DNA from: Lama guanicoe
Taxonomy: Eukaryota
DNA length: 64,000 nucleotides
Assembly: GCA_013239625.1 (NCBI GenBank)
Contig: MU053559.1
Span: 1,905,205-1,969,204, forward strand
Direction: 5' to 3'
Part shown: piece after piece, positions 50,286 to 63,900 of the stretch
Layout of the letters: each line of letters opens with the position of its first letter
Position numbering within the stretch: the stretch's first letter is position 1
Made by a program: the position numbers and the translations under genes
Notes under the pieces: generated by a model
The model's database searches: none
The model's input: the letters and a program-made list of their open reading frames with translations, nothing else
Told to the model about the DNA's origin: nothing

Positions 50286-51010
50286 TTTAAGAAGTTTTCA
50301 TTTATTTTTAAAATTTGATTCTTTTTTGAATGAGGTAGAGCATGACTAAACCCATGGGAAAAAAAATCTCCTAAGCTAAAACTGGAAACACAATGTCTTG
50401 AACTTGTAGTTGCTTGGTCATTTTGGTGAACCATTCTGTTGTTTTACCAAGTCTCTCTAGTATTAAAAGGAATAAAGAAACTGCCTGTCATGTGGAGTTG
50501 TCACATGCACTGTTGGCCTTCAAGGTCTTCATCATGTGGTCAAAGCTAAATTTAGGATTAGGAGAGCCAGTTCAATGGTACAGATTTACCAAACTAAGAC
50601 TCTTAAATGTTTGAAGGTTTTAACAACTGGGATACAGACAGGGTGGCTTCTCTGGGGACAGGGACATTGGAGAGGTGACAGTTTTTCTGTGGTTGCTTTG
50701 TGTGAATGTAAGTATATATGTATTTATCTTCTGCTGACTGCAATTAGCAGCTGCAAACTACAATGTACTCACCGTCTCTCCTTCAGCTTGTCACATAGAC
50801 TACATGCCTCTTACAAATGTGGCATAGCTATGTGGTTTGTCCTTAGCCTCAACTCTCCTGTAGTTCTGAAACCCAGAACAGGAGCCAGAGTATAAGCTAT
50901 AATTCCCTCCAGCTGTGCTATTCCAACAAGGGTTCACATTGAGTCTTCAAGGCAGTGTCACTGGAGTTTGGAGAAGAAAATTCTAGTCCCTTTGAAGAAA
51001 ACATATCTGC

Positions 51011-52093
51011 TGTTCCATGCATTACATATGGCTGTAAATTCTTTTCCACTTCCCCTGTCAAGAGGTAGAGCTGATTTCCCCTCCTCTTGAGTCTGGCCTC
51101 ATCTGTGACTTGCTTTGTCCAACAGAATACAGTATAAGTGACACTGTGCAAACTTCCAAGGCTGGGCTTTAAGATATCTGCAACTTCTGTTTTTGTATAC
51201 TCGGAAGGCTCTGTCTTATAACCCATCTGCCATGTTATGAGAAGGCCAAGTTACATGAAAAGACCATGTATAAGATGTTTTAATTGACAGCCCCAGCTGA
51301 GCTCTCTCAGCCTATAGCCAGCACCAACTGCCACCATGTGAGTGAGCCATTTTGGATGTTTCAGTCTAATCAAGTCTCCATATGTCGGCAGCCCCAGTAG
51401 ACATTAGGTGGATATGCAACGAAGGATTCACCTTGCCCAAAGAAAGGTTCGATCCTGCCCAGCTTCTGAAAGGTAGCCTCTAAGACCTTGGAATGTCCTG
51501 TCTGATAAGATTATCTTTGTTTACAAGGGGGCCATGGGCCATACCAGATAGTTTTTCCTAATAGTGTGATTGATGGTGGGAGCCTTGGGCCAGGTGGTGT
51601 CAGCTTGACTTTTGAAGAGGCTAGAGCCTAAGGTGAGCCATGTAGGGTGTCAACCATACTTGGTCAACATGACCGAGCTCCAGTAAAATCTCTGGATACG
51701 AAGGCCTAGGTTAGCTTCCTTGGTTGGCAATATTCTGTGCATGTTGCTACACATGAAGTAAGTTCTGTCCATCCAGCTCCAGTGGGAGAGGACAACTGGA
51801 AGCTCGTGCCTGGGCTCTCCTGGTCCCGGCCCTATGTGCCTCTTCCCTTTGCTGATTTCAACCTGTATCCTTCTACTCTAATAAATGTAGCTCTGAGTAT
51901 AATGGCTTTTCTGAGTTCCGTGAGTCCTTGTCGAACCTGAGGGTTGTCTTGGGGACCCAAATGGCAGTGGAGGAGAGGAACTTCCCAGCTGAGCCTAGCC
52001 GATCCACAGAATCATGAGCAATATTAGATGGTTGCTCTCTTAAGCCATTATGTTTTTGATTGGTTTGTTATACTGCAATAGTTAATGAAGACA
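51011..52093 (+). mobile_element. MaLR LTR (MLT1G/H-like) split by an ERVL LTR
   Basis: Pieces at 51011-51412 and 51972-52093. Confidence 0.85.
51413..51966 (+). mobile_element. ERVL solo LTR (MER77-like)
   Basis: ccttgcccaaagaaagg...ctaagaccttggaatgtcctg...gtcttggggaccc; perfect 5-bp TSD gtgga (51408-51412 / 51967-51971). Confidence 0.88.
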
Positions 52094-53569
52094 CCTACCT
52101 TCTCTACTGGATGATAATATTTTTGAGAACCAAGAGAACTCTGTAATTTCCAATCTGTTAGCGCAGCACCTCATGCATTGCAGATATACATAAACATTTG
52201 CTAAATCATTAAATCAGAGTATTTAAAAACATCTTCAAGGACTAACTGAGATACACGGAGGTGGGGGCCTTGCAGAATGATCACATCATTTCCATCTGTA
52301 TAAAAAAGAAGGGAACCTCCACTCCTTTTGTATGAATTCTAAAGATAATTGCGGTTTTTCAGGATTGCTGTGCTGGCAATGATTTTTTCTTTCTTCTTTC
52401 CGTATAGCTATACTATTGTGTAAGGAATATTGCTTGGAATATAACAGTTTGATTCCCAGCTCTGCCTTTGCTCGCTACTTTTATGAACTTCCACAAGTCT
52501 CTTGACCTTACCCAACCTCATCTCAAAGTAGAAAGAATAATGGCAGTTCTGCGGGGTTGTCGTGAGGCTTTTGAGCATTTAAGCATTAGGAGTGCTTAGA
52601 GAAATGCAAAGTGCTATGTTATAAAGACTTTGGATTAGTGGTACTTGCTTAATTTTTATTATTTTTAGCCCTTCTTGCCCATCATTTACATAAACACTTT
52701 AAAATATGACTGGCATTTCAACAGCATAGGGAATATGAAAATTTGTAAATTAAGAATAAAAACAAATTCTAAATAGTTTTCCCTTTGTTTTTCTTACCTC
52801 ACATCTTCACCACCACAAACTACTCCACTTAACTTGTTTTTTCAGTAAAGAAATAGACAAAACTAATCAGAAAAGGTGGCATTGAAAAAAGATTTCTTTT
52901 TTTTTCCCCCAAGCATGTCACATCTCCTTCCCTGACCCTTTCACCTCTGTTATCTACATGCCTTTTAGTTCAATAAGGAAGGGTATTGACAAGATACTAT
53001 TTGTTATGCCCAAGCCACCTTAGTGAGCTCTAAGCCCTTCTTACTGAGTTGGTTTTGATAGTGTCAGGTGGTGATGCCCCCAGCGCTTGGGAACTGCTCC
53101 ACAGGCCTATGAGAGCCACTTTTGGGTTCTTTAGGTCCATACCTGTAGTTTAGAGAATAGAATCCAAAACAGCTGCCAAAGCCTTGCTGTGAACCTTCTT
53201 AAAGATGCTGTAATTTCCCAGGGTCTTCCCCTGTATGTTGCTTTGATGCCACTCAGATTTTGGTTGCCTTCTAGGATCTCACAAGGTGCTTGCTGACCCC
53301 TGCACTTACATGCATCCTATCAATTGCAATAATTTTGAATATCTGCCAGTTTCTAACATGAATGAAAGATCAGAGATGGAAGGAGCTTTAGATTGGAGCC
53401 CCGACCCAGTAATTGGTTGTCATGCCTTGATAAGAGTCAAGAGCTAGGAGTAATGGCATATAGGAGTATGTGAGAAGGTTCTAAGAGTCCAGGAAGAAAG
53501 GGTTTAAACCAGAGCCTGAAGACATAGTGTTAAGTTCCAGAGATTTGGGGGAGCATGGGAATGAAAGTC

Positions 53570-54412
53570 AGCCCAAGCAAGTTAATATGCTGGAGGAGAA
53601 ATCAGAATTGAAAAATATTTTGATAGCTTGGAAAAATTAGCTGAAACCGAAAAGAGGCAATTTCCAGAAGTAAATAAAAAATAGTTCACATAAATTCCAA
53701 AATCAACCATATAAGCCTATATAAGGGAAACAGAGTTTAATGGAAATTCAGTAAAACATTTAGGTTTCAGCTGCCAAGAAGGTCAGAATGAGTCAATCAT
53801 ATGACATCATTTTTCATAACGTGAATGCAGTCTTAGGATGCCTGAATTAAGCCCAAAACAAAGGAGGTAATGGTCCTACTCTCCTCTGCTTGAGTTATGT
53901 GTAAACTGTATTCTGTTCTCAGTGCCATATTTTAAATTGTTTGGGTAAATACTACTGTATTTGGAGAAGAAATGCAATATGGTGAAAAGTTTAGAAACTG
54001 CTTCACCTGAGGAATGGGAAGTTAAACTGGGCTAGTTGCCAGGCAACAGAAGATAGTTGGGGAAAAATATCAGCTGCTTTCAATAATTTGAAGGATTGTT
54101 ATATGAAAGAAGAATTAGACCTATTTTTCTCAGTCTTGAGGATAGAATTTTGATAATTGGATGGAAACCATGATGGGCAAATTAGGGCTCAGTAAAGGCA
54201 AGAACTCTACAGTAAAAGTTGCCCATACATGAAGACAGATTTAGTATGAAAGAGATATACTACTCATTGGGGAAGTGCTCAAAAAGAGGCTGAATTGTCC
54301 CCTACAAGGAACTGAGAAGTGGATTCCTATACAGGGCAGGCGGGGGTGGGGGAGAGGCTGAACCAAATGGTCTTCAAGATCCCAATCATCTCTCAAGTTT
54401 CATGACCTATGA
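53570..54412 (+). mobile_element. L3/CR1 LINE 3' portion
   Basis: aatgcagtcttaggatgc...gaggtaatggtcctactctcctctgc...tttgaaggattgttatatgaaagaagaattagac...ggtcttcaagatccc...catgacctatga. Confidence 0.8.
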
Positions 54413-54695
54413 CCCTCTGTACTAGAGACACACAGACATTCAGAGATTTCCAATGGCAGCCTAGCACTCTAACTTGCCACATAATTGTGCAGTGGGCTGG
54501 CCACCAGGATGGCCAGTAGGTCTGTACCAGTATAGAATGACCACCCGATCCCGGCAGGAGGTCCTGAACTGAACTGTAAACTTCTTGAAGGCAAAGATAG
54601 CATCTTACCTGTCCGTGTAGCAGTGCCTGGCACTTAACAAAACATGCTTGTCAAATGTTTGCAGAACTAATGAATGGACAAATGAATGTTGGGCC

Positions 54696-55144
54696 GATAC
54701 TGGTCTCCTGGGTCTGCCATAACAAGTTGCCACACCTGTGGTGGCTGGAAACAACAGAAATTTGTTCCCCTGCAATTCTGGAGGTCAGAAGTCTGAAATC
54801 AAGGTGTCAGCAGGGCTGCACTAGGCAAGAATCTGTTCCTTACCTTTTCTGGCTTCTGGTGGCTCCGGGGATTCTTTGATTTATAGCCACATCACTCTTA
54901 TCTCTGCCTCCAAGGTCACATTGCCTCCTCCTCTTCTGTCTGCCTCAAATGTGTGTCACTTATGAGGCTTCTTGTCATTGGATTTAAAACCCACTTGGAC
55001 AACCTAGGATGGTCTCCTCATCTCAAGATCCTTACTGGATTACATCTACAAAGATCCTTTTTTTTTAAGGTAAGGTCACATTCACAGGTTCTAGGGACTA
55101 AGACTTGGACATATTTAGGGGGGGCCACCATTCAACCCACTACA
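54696..55144 (-). mobile_element. MaLR solo LTR (MLT1C-like)
   Basis: ctgccataacaag...ttctggaggtcagaagtctgaaatcaaggtgtc...ccaccattcaacccactaca. Confidence 0.9.
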
Positions 55145-55244
55145 CTTATTTTTAATGGTCATTAAACTATCACTATTACGCAAACAATAGTGCTTGGCAT
55201 CTGGCACTTTCCACATGCAAAGCAGAGAAGTGTTGAGAGTCTCA

Positions 55245-55430
55245 ACAGAGACAGTGTCGTGCTTAATAAGCTAACTCTTGGAGTCAGACAGGTTTGAATT
55301 CAATACCAGTTTTGCTACTTAGTAGCAGTATATCTTTGGCCAAGCTGTTGAACTTTTCTGTACCTCATATTCTCTATCTCTAAAATGAGAATAGCAGTAA
55401 ATGTTCCATGGAATAATGTTTGGAAATTAA
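55245..55430 (+). mobile_element. MIR
   Basis: ctcttggagtcagacaggtttgaattc...tacctcatattctctatctctaaaatgag. Confidence 0.75.
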
Positions 55431-56080
55431 CTCGGCGGTGTATCTCTTCGAAATAAATTCATGTTAAATGTATATCTAATATCCACACCCATATAGACAT
55501 TATGAATTTGGTAGTCTTATTATTTCACGTTCAAACTCAGTTTATTACACAAAGAATTTTAATGACCTGTTGATTTCCTAGTGGTTTCCTCTCATCTTCT
55601 CGCACTCAGCATTTCAAGATGCAATAAATCATTTTTACCTTAAAAAAAAACCCAGAAAATTACTTAACATAGGACCAAGCATATAGCTGACACTCTACAG
55701 GTGGTGAGTATTATTAATTTATATGGGCTTATTCCTTTTCCCTGGTTTCAGGCTGCCTGAGGTATCAAACTTTTGTCCTTCCTTAGAAATTTAATTGAAA
55801 TCAACATATGCTGATTGAGGATTTACTCTGCACCATACACTTTCATACGTAATAGGTATAAATGATAAACAAGACAGACAGCCCCTGCCCTCACAGATCT
55901 TAGAGTGTGATGGCATCAATGGTTAATAAAACATGGAATTATAATACAGCATTGCCTTTTTGACAACTGGGGGAAATAGAGGAACTGGAGAAGTATATAG
56001 AAGGGGCACCTAACCCAGGATCTCTGTATATGGGAGGAGATGTATATATATATTTGGAGCAGAAGGCCCAGTTGGGGCTG

Positions 56081-56110
56081 ATTTGGACTCATTTGGACTC
56101 ATTTGGACTT
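56081..56110. repeat. (ATTTGGACTC) x3
   Basis: Direct reading. Confidence 0.95.
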
Positions 56111-56247
56111 GGCCATGTCTAAGGAACTGGTGGGCTAGGAGTTCCTCGAGTACCTGCAGGTATGTGTTGATTCTGCCTGAGGGATGCGGGCCTGTGAGGA
56201 GACATGTTGCTCTCTGTGTCTGGAGAGAAAGACTGGGACATGAGGAG

Positions 56248-56645
56248 GCACCTTAATTTAGGTTCCCCCAGAAGTAGACGCTAAGACAAAGATTTGAGTG
56301 TGAGAAATTTTTTAGGGAGATAATCCTAAGGAACGCTAATTTGGCGGGGGAGCCGGGGGAGTGAGGGAGGTAAGAAAAAAGACACTAAATGATACCTTAT
56401 CAAGCCAGTCTGTGGTTGACTGGAGCTTCAGGTATCGGGCAATCCTAGAAGCCAATGTACAACGCAGGCCTCAGAGTTACCCACACCTATTCCTGCCGGT
56501 CGTGGGTGAGCACTGCACCCAAGAGGCCTGCCGACAAGCAGGGTAGGCAGGCTGCTGAAGGAGGGCACAGGCCAAGTGAGGCAGCTGTGGGCCATTGAAG
56601 GGGCCTGAGGTGATAACGGGGAGGACACAGCCCACCTGTGATACA
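56248..56645 (-). mobile_element. ERVL solo LTR (LTR16-like)
   Basis: ggttcccccagaagtagacgctaagacaaagatttgagtg. Confidence 0.7.
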
Positions 56646-57305
56646 GGAGGACAACATGGTACAGGGAGGAGGTCTGAGGCCAATGAGCAGAGCAGGCAGA
56701 AACTGAAGAAGTTTCTCTCATGAGTCTTCAAGTAATACTCAGGTAACAGTGCTTCTTAGGGGCCAGGTGACAAAAATGCAGCCCAGAGCTGGGGAGAGGT
56801 GGAGAGCAGCTTTTATGCCATTCACACCTAGTATGCAGTGTGGCCCGTCAGAGTAAGGATTGAAAAGGAACGAGTTCTGTTTCAACCCCTCACGATTCAC
56901 AACTTTGAGGTGAAGCAAAAGCTGCTTCCCTGACATGGAAGAGTATGCTCTTCTGGGGAGCACCGAAGGTGGGGGGAAATGGCGAGGGAAACAGTGAAGG
57001 GAGGCCTGGTTTTGGCTTCATGAGATTTGGGGACACCAAAACCAAGGCAAAGCGTTTGTGAACGCCTAGAAAAATTTCCCAGGAATTCTCAGAAGTAAGT
57101 GGGGAGATTTGGGGGAGAAAGGTGTCCTGGTGCCAGTGGGGGGACGGAACCAGTGGGATTTGAGTTTCTACTGTTTCGACGCAAAGAATTGTGGGGCCTG
57201 TGGAAATTTAAGTTACATGTGACTCCCCTCCTATGCCTAGGTTTCCTGGTATTTACGGACCCGCCTACTATGGTGCCAAGCATTCTATAGATCTTATCTC
57301 ATTTA

Positions 57306-57631
57306 GTGTTTTAAATTTTTTTTAATTTTCTTAATAAATTAATTAATTTTTAAGTTTTTGAATTTTTGAACCTTTATTGTGGTATTGTTCCTGTATAGTA
57401 AACTACACATATTTCAGATGTACACTTTGATGAACTCTGATAGATGTACACACTAATGAAACCACCACCACAATTAAGATAGCGAACGTTTTCATCACTC
57501 CCCAAGAGGTGCAATTTTCGAATTCCTAATTGATTTTTTTAATGGAGGTGCTGGGGATTGAACCCAGGACTTGGTCCATGCTAAGCATACACTCTACCAC
57601 TGAGTCATACCCAGCCCACCCCCAGCCCCCA
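57306..57631 (-). mobile_element. SINE plus an old L1 3' fragment inside one TSD, inserted in a MIR
   Basis: TSD atctta(t/g)ctcattta (57291-57305 / 57632-57646); SINE at ~57533-57630; L1 3' fragment at ~57371-57505. Confidence 0.75.
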
Positions 57632-58689
57632 ATCTTAGCTCATTTATTCCTTGTGATAAATTCAATGCATAAGTGAGAAAACTGAGGTTCAATGAAGGGA
57701 GAGAGTTTGCCTTCTGAACACAGCTAGTAAATGGCAGACCTGGTATTTGAGCCCTAACTTGTTTGAGTCGGGAACCCAGGCTTTTATTACACTACCTCCT
57801 TATGCTACCTGGTAACATAAGCACATCTGCATGTGTGGCTCTGCACATATGTACAGTTTGAACCTGGAAATGGATTTCAAGTTCATAATAATCTTGAGAA
57901 GTCTGAAACCCTAACCATTTATTGAGTTAGATGAGATGCTTAAGTTATGCAAGAGACTTTTTTTAGGAACAACCCCAGCAGAATTTAAAACAGAAGGATA
58001 AAGAACTGAGGATGAAGGGAGTCAATGCCATTATTATTCATTGACATGAAAAAAAATGAAAAATAGAAGAATGGCACACCTCTGCCTTTTCTCCTAATAG
58101 CTATTTGCTCTACAATGACTTTTCTTTTTTCCCCACGGGTGGATGAAATCTGGGTCCATATATTGAAGGATCACTTTTCTGCCTGGGATATAGTGAATTT
58201 TTTTTCAGGGCTAAAAATTCCCTTTCTAAAATGGCTACCCGAACCATTCCAGAAACAGAGACCAAGTGCTAATATTGGGATCTCATTCTTGTGCTAAAAG
58301 CTCTAGCAGTCTCTCTGACTGCTGTTACACCAATGAGAAAAGTTGACTTTATTTTTGGGGTTGAGCCCATATGTTAGTGCATGACGCCCTGAAGAAGAAG
58401 GGGGGAGGAGAAGAGAAACGGGGTTTAGAGTGTAGGAGTGAAGAAACTTACACTCCCAAGTATCTGGAGTGAGCAAAATCTAAGTGTAGCCAAGACATTA
58501 AAAGAAAGTGCTAGGATCCTGTATTCCCCTTGGTTTTGGCAAGAAAGATGTCAAAGATGTAAATAAGTTACTGAATAAATATAAACCCAAGCCTTCTTTC
58601 ATAATGTTAGTGTAGCCTCAAAAAAATGGAAACTAATTTTATTACTTTGAATGATCCATAGTTAATAAAATTACAGACAACACTGATGT

Positions 58690-58875
58690 CAGACAGTATG
58701 CTTTGTCATATATCTCACTTAATTACCTCAAGAGCACCCCAAAGCAGGTTTCAGTTTTAAATGAGGAAACTGGGGCTTAGACAGACAATTTACACTACCC
58801 AAGGTCTTGCAACTTCTACACGGTATAGTTGGAATTTGAACTCAAGTAATCAGACTTTAGAACTTGCTCTCCAAG
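58690..58875 (-). mobile_element. MIR
   Basis: aaatgaggaaactggggcttag...cccaaggtc...ggaatttgaactcaag. Confidence 0.8.
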
Positions 58876-60099
58876 ATGAATAATGCTTCCTGTATGCTAA
58901 AATAGGAGTGTGGTCCTGGTCCTAAAAATTTTTCTTGACGTGTAAGGTTGCATATTTTTGGACTATCTGTTCCTTCTTAGTATTCATATCCCTTGTGAGT
59001 AAATTTCTGAAATATTTATTCAATGTATGCCTTTCTGCTGGGTATGAGCTCAGTGATTCCAGGGCTGTGTCTGTCTTGTCCATCCCTGTATTCCCAGTAC
59101 CAGGAGTACCAGGACAATTAGTTACGATACAGAATAGGTGCCAAGGAATTTTTGTTGATTGAATAAACTATTCATTCCTCTATGTCTGTCTGTTAATGGG
59201 GACAGAGGGACCCAAGAGTGCCTGAGGAATGTAATACATTTTTAATTGATTGATTTCTAAAACAGTGGTGTCCTGTCCTGATAGCTCTTTACGCTTGTAA
59301 TGGCTAATTATTCAGGACGCAACATTTGTTAGCTGCCTTATTTTAGGCAGAATACCAGCTCTTAAATGTGAATTATATTTTCATATTCATAGGGTTCAGA
59401 AATGTACCTTTTGAAGCGTTCATGGGGGTGGTACTTAAAAAAAGCTGCACTCAAAGGAACTAATTTGGGTTTTTCTTTTGGCTGACAGGCTTTTCCTAGG
59501 TGTGGCTGAGAGCCTAACAAATCTACCTTTCCAGTAACGTATGCGTATCATAGGGTGCTGTACCAGGAGATGCCTTTGTGTGCTCCTTCCCTTGGGACCT
59601 TAGAAAAGGAGCCTAGGTTCGAACTTTCCATACTCTGCAGTTGTGTTGACCTATAAAATGTTTTGCTGACACCCATTCACAGTATTTAAGAAGAGTTTTA
59701 TGGTGCCTAGTACAGTGCCTAGTACAGTACATGGTAGGCATTCCATAAATGCTGGTTGGGTGATTGAATGAATAAATACACGAAGGTATGGTTTGAATCA
59801 ACTGGGTCTGATTTGAAGAGACAGACAGATGGACTGGAACTCCTCACATTCATCCATTTGGGGGCTAAAGCTTTGGAACACAGTTAGAAGGCAAATATAC
59901 GGAATGAGTTCCTAACCCACTAACTTGAAGGAGTATTCCAGATTTAGAGCTTTCCAAGCTCTAGATGAAAAGGAGAATTCAAGAAGATGGGATGCAGGAC
60001 AAGTCCATCTCGATGAGGAGTAGGAGATGAGAGGAGAGGCAGAGACGCTAGGTGCAGGCTAGGAAATCAACAGGAGGGAGGCTGGAGCTGCAACTTTGA

Positions 60100-60462
60100 T
60101 CTTTTGGGCAGCTTGCCCTGGAGGAAATGGGCAACCATGTCATGGGGACACACATGAACCCTGTGGAGATGAGCATGTAGAGAGGAACTAAGGCCTCCTA
60201 CCAACAGCTAGCACCAACTCACCAGGCAGGTGAATGAACCCCCTTGGAAGTGGATGCTCCAGCCTGAGTTGAGCTTTGAGATGACTGCAGTCCTGGTTGA
60301 CATCTTGAACATAACCTCATGAGAAACCCTGAGCCAGAACCACCCGGCCAAGCCACCCCCCGATTCTTGACCTACAGGAAATGCAAGATAATAAATATTC
60401 ATTATTGTTTTACATCACTGAATCTGGAGTAATTTTTTTGCACAGCATTAGAGACTAGTACA
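60100..60462 (+). mobile_element. MaLR LTR (MLT1F-like), 3' part
   Basis: gaggaactaaggcctcc...gagaaaccctgagccagaaccacccggccaagcc...agactagtaca. Confidence 0.85.
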
Positions 60463-60929
60463 TTTTCTTTGTCTTAAAGTCTATGATCATAATTGCGATT
60501 GTACCTACGAGTCTGTGGGATGGGTATCAAGTTTCCCAGCTCTCTTTAAAGATGGTGATATGTTCATTATTTCTAGCTTCATATAAAATGTATAAGAATA
60601 TGGGGATGTAGAGCAAGGACTCTTAAAGTCAAGCAGACAGGAATTTGAGTACTGGTTTGGCCACCTGTGTGATTGATCAAGTTACTAAATCTAACTCCAG
60701 TTTATTATGAGCATTAAAGGAGCAAATGCATTTCAAGCACTTAGCATAGCGTATGGCTTATAGTAAGAACTCAATATGTGTGATAGTTATTATAGTTAAT
60801 AACTGTATAAAGAGATGCTTCTAAGGGCGTTGCCTTATGGGCAACAAACACTAGCCAGATCTCCAAAGTAGCTGAAGTATGTTTTGTACCTTAAATGGGG
60901 AATTTGGTTTCTATTAGAATTATTAAATA

Positions 60930-63900
60930 CATTTATTAAGATATAATTTGTATACCATAAATTCACCCCTTTGAAGTGTACAATTCATGATTTTTAGTTA
61001 ATTTGCTGAGCTGTGCAGCTATGACCATCACCCAGTTTTAGAATATTTTCATCACCCCCAAAAGAAATCTTGTGCCCTTTTGCAGTCACTTTCCATTTCT
61101 CACCTTCAACCCCAGGCAACCACTAATCTATTTTTTAAATTTTTATGATTTTTAAAATAGAGGTACTGGGGATTGAACCTTGTGAATGTTGAGCATGTAC
61201 TCTGCCACTGAGCTATTACCCTGCCCCTTACTTACTGTCTCTATAGATTTGCTTTTTCTGAACATTTCATCTAAATAGAACCATACATTTTATGGCCTCT
61301 CAGGTCTGGCTTTTTTCTCATAGCATGTTTCTGAGGTTCTTCCATGTTGTAGAATATATTGGTACTTCATTTCTTTTTATTGTCAAATCAAATTCCATTG
61401 TTTGGATATACCACCTTTTGCTTATCCATTCATCCACTGATGTGCACTTGGGTGGCTTCCCACTTTTCATGGATAATGCTCTCTGAACATTGGTGTACAA
61501 ATTTTTTTTTTGTCTGGGCATATGTTTTCATTTGGCTTGGGTAGATACCAGGGAATGGAATTGCCGGGTTAGATAGTAAAGTTTAAGAAATTCCCAAATA
61601 GTTTTCCAAAGTGGCTGCACCATTCACATTTCCCCCAGCAATGTATGAGAGTTCTTATTTATCCATATCCTTGTCAACATTTCATACTGTCTGTCTTTTT
61701 GATTATAGCCATCCTAGCGGATGTGAAATGGCATTTCATTGTGGTTTTAATTTGCATTTTCCTTATGACTAATGATGGTGAACATCTTTTCATGTGCTTA
61801 CTGGCTATATTTTCTTTAAGGAAATATCTATTCAAGTCATTTGCCAATTTTTAATTGTTATTTGTCTTATTGTGTGTAAGAGTTCTTTGTATATTCTGTA
61901 TGCAAGTTTCACTGAATGTGTGATTTACAGATATTTTTCTCCCAGGCCGTGGCTTTTTATTTCCTTAATGGTATCTTTTGGAGTACAATAGTTTAAAATT
62001 TTGATGAAGTCTAGTTTAACAATTTTTTTTTCTTTTATGGATCATGTTTTTTTGGGATTGTATCTCAGACATCTTTATAGAACCTAAGGTCTTAACATTT
62101 TTCTCCTAAAATTGTTTATAGTTTTAGCTCTAACATTTAGGTCCATAGTTCATTTTGAATTAATTTTTGTATATAGTGTTAGGTAAGACGTTCATCTGTT
62201 GTTTTATAAATGGCCACATCGTGTACCAGGACCATTTGTTGGAAAGACTCGTCTTTCTCAATGAATTTTCTTGGTATCTTGTTGAAAACCAATTGATCAT
62301 AATTATAAGAGTGTAATTCTGGACTTTCACTTCTGCTCTGTTGATCTATGTCTACCCTTAATGTAGTACCATACTGTCTTCATTGCTGTAGCTTCATAGT
62401 AAGGTTTTTAAATTTTAAAATGAAAGTCTGCCAAATTTCTTTTAAAGTAATTTTTTAGGTATTCTGGAGCTTTTGGTTTTTCGTATAAATTTTGGAATAA
62501 TTTTATCCATTACAGAGAGAGACACACACACATTGCTGGAATTTTGATGAGAATTGCACTGATGAATTTTAGAAGAATTGCCACTTCAACAATATGGAGT
62601 CTTGGAATCCATGAACATGGAACATCTCTCTGTTTATTTAGATTTTCTTTAATTTGCCTCAGCAATGTTTTACAACTTTTATTGTACTTGTCTTGCAACT
62701 CTTTTGTTACGTCTATTCCTAAATTTTTATTATTTTTATGATATTAAGAATGGAATTGTTTTCTTAATTTCACTTTTAGATCATTTATTCCTCATGTATA
62801 TAAACATACAGTTGATTTTCATACTTTGGTACTGTATCCTGCAACCTTGTTTTTCACATAGTATTTTGGGAATTCCTTAGGATTTTCTATCCATAGAGTT
62901 CTGTCATCTGTGAAGTTTTACTTCTTCTTTTCTACCTTAATGCTTTCTACTTCTTTTTCTTACTTGATTGCACTGGCCAGACCCCAACTGCAAATGTTAA
63001 ATAGAAGTGGTGAGATGGACATCCTTTCTTTGTTCCTGATCTTAGGAGGAAAGCATTCAGTCTTTCATCATGAAATATGAAATAGAGTTTTCATAGTTAC
63101 CCTTTCTGAGCTTGAGGAAGTTCCTTTCTATTGTAAATTTGTTGAGAGGTTTTTTTTTTTATCATGAATGGGTATTGAATTTTGTGAAATGCCTGTTCTG
63201 TATCTATTGAGATGATCTTGTAGTGTTTGCCCTTTATTCTCTTAATATGGTTTGCTACATAAATTTTTTTGGTTTTAAACCAACCTTGCATTCCTGGGAT
63301 AAATCCCACTTGGTAGTGGCATATAATCCTTTCTATATTTAACTAGGTTTGGTTTCCTGATATTTTCTTGAGGACTATAGTGTCTATATTCATGAGGGAT
63401 GTTGGTCTCTAATTTTCTTTTCCTGGGATGTCTTTGTCTGGTTTTGGTATCATGGTAATACTGCGTCATAGAAGGAGTTGGGAATTATTCTCTCCTCCTA
63501 CATTTTCTAAAAGTTTGTGTAGGATTGGGATTACTTCATTTTTAAATGTTTGATAGAATTTACCATTGAATCCATCTGGTCCTGGGTTTTACTTTGTGGG
63601 AAGATTTTAAATTACCAGTTGTTTTTCTGTACTTATTATAGGTCTATTCAGATTTTCTGTTTGCTTTTCAGTCAGTTTTTCTAATTTGCGTCCTTCTAGG
63701 TATTTGTGCATTTCATCTAAACTGTCTAATTTGTTGTCATAAAGTTGTTCATATTATTCCCTTGTAATTCTTCTATGTTCTGTAAGGTGAGTAGTAATGT
63801 CTCTTCTTTTTCATCTTGATTTTGGTGTTCTGTGTCTTTTCTCTTTTTTCTTGGTCAGTTCAGCTAAAGGTTTATCAGTTTTGTTATCTTTTCAGAGAAT

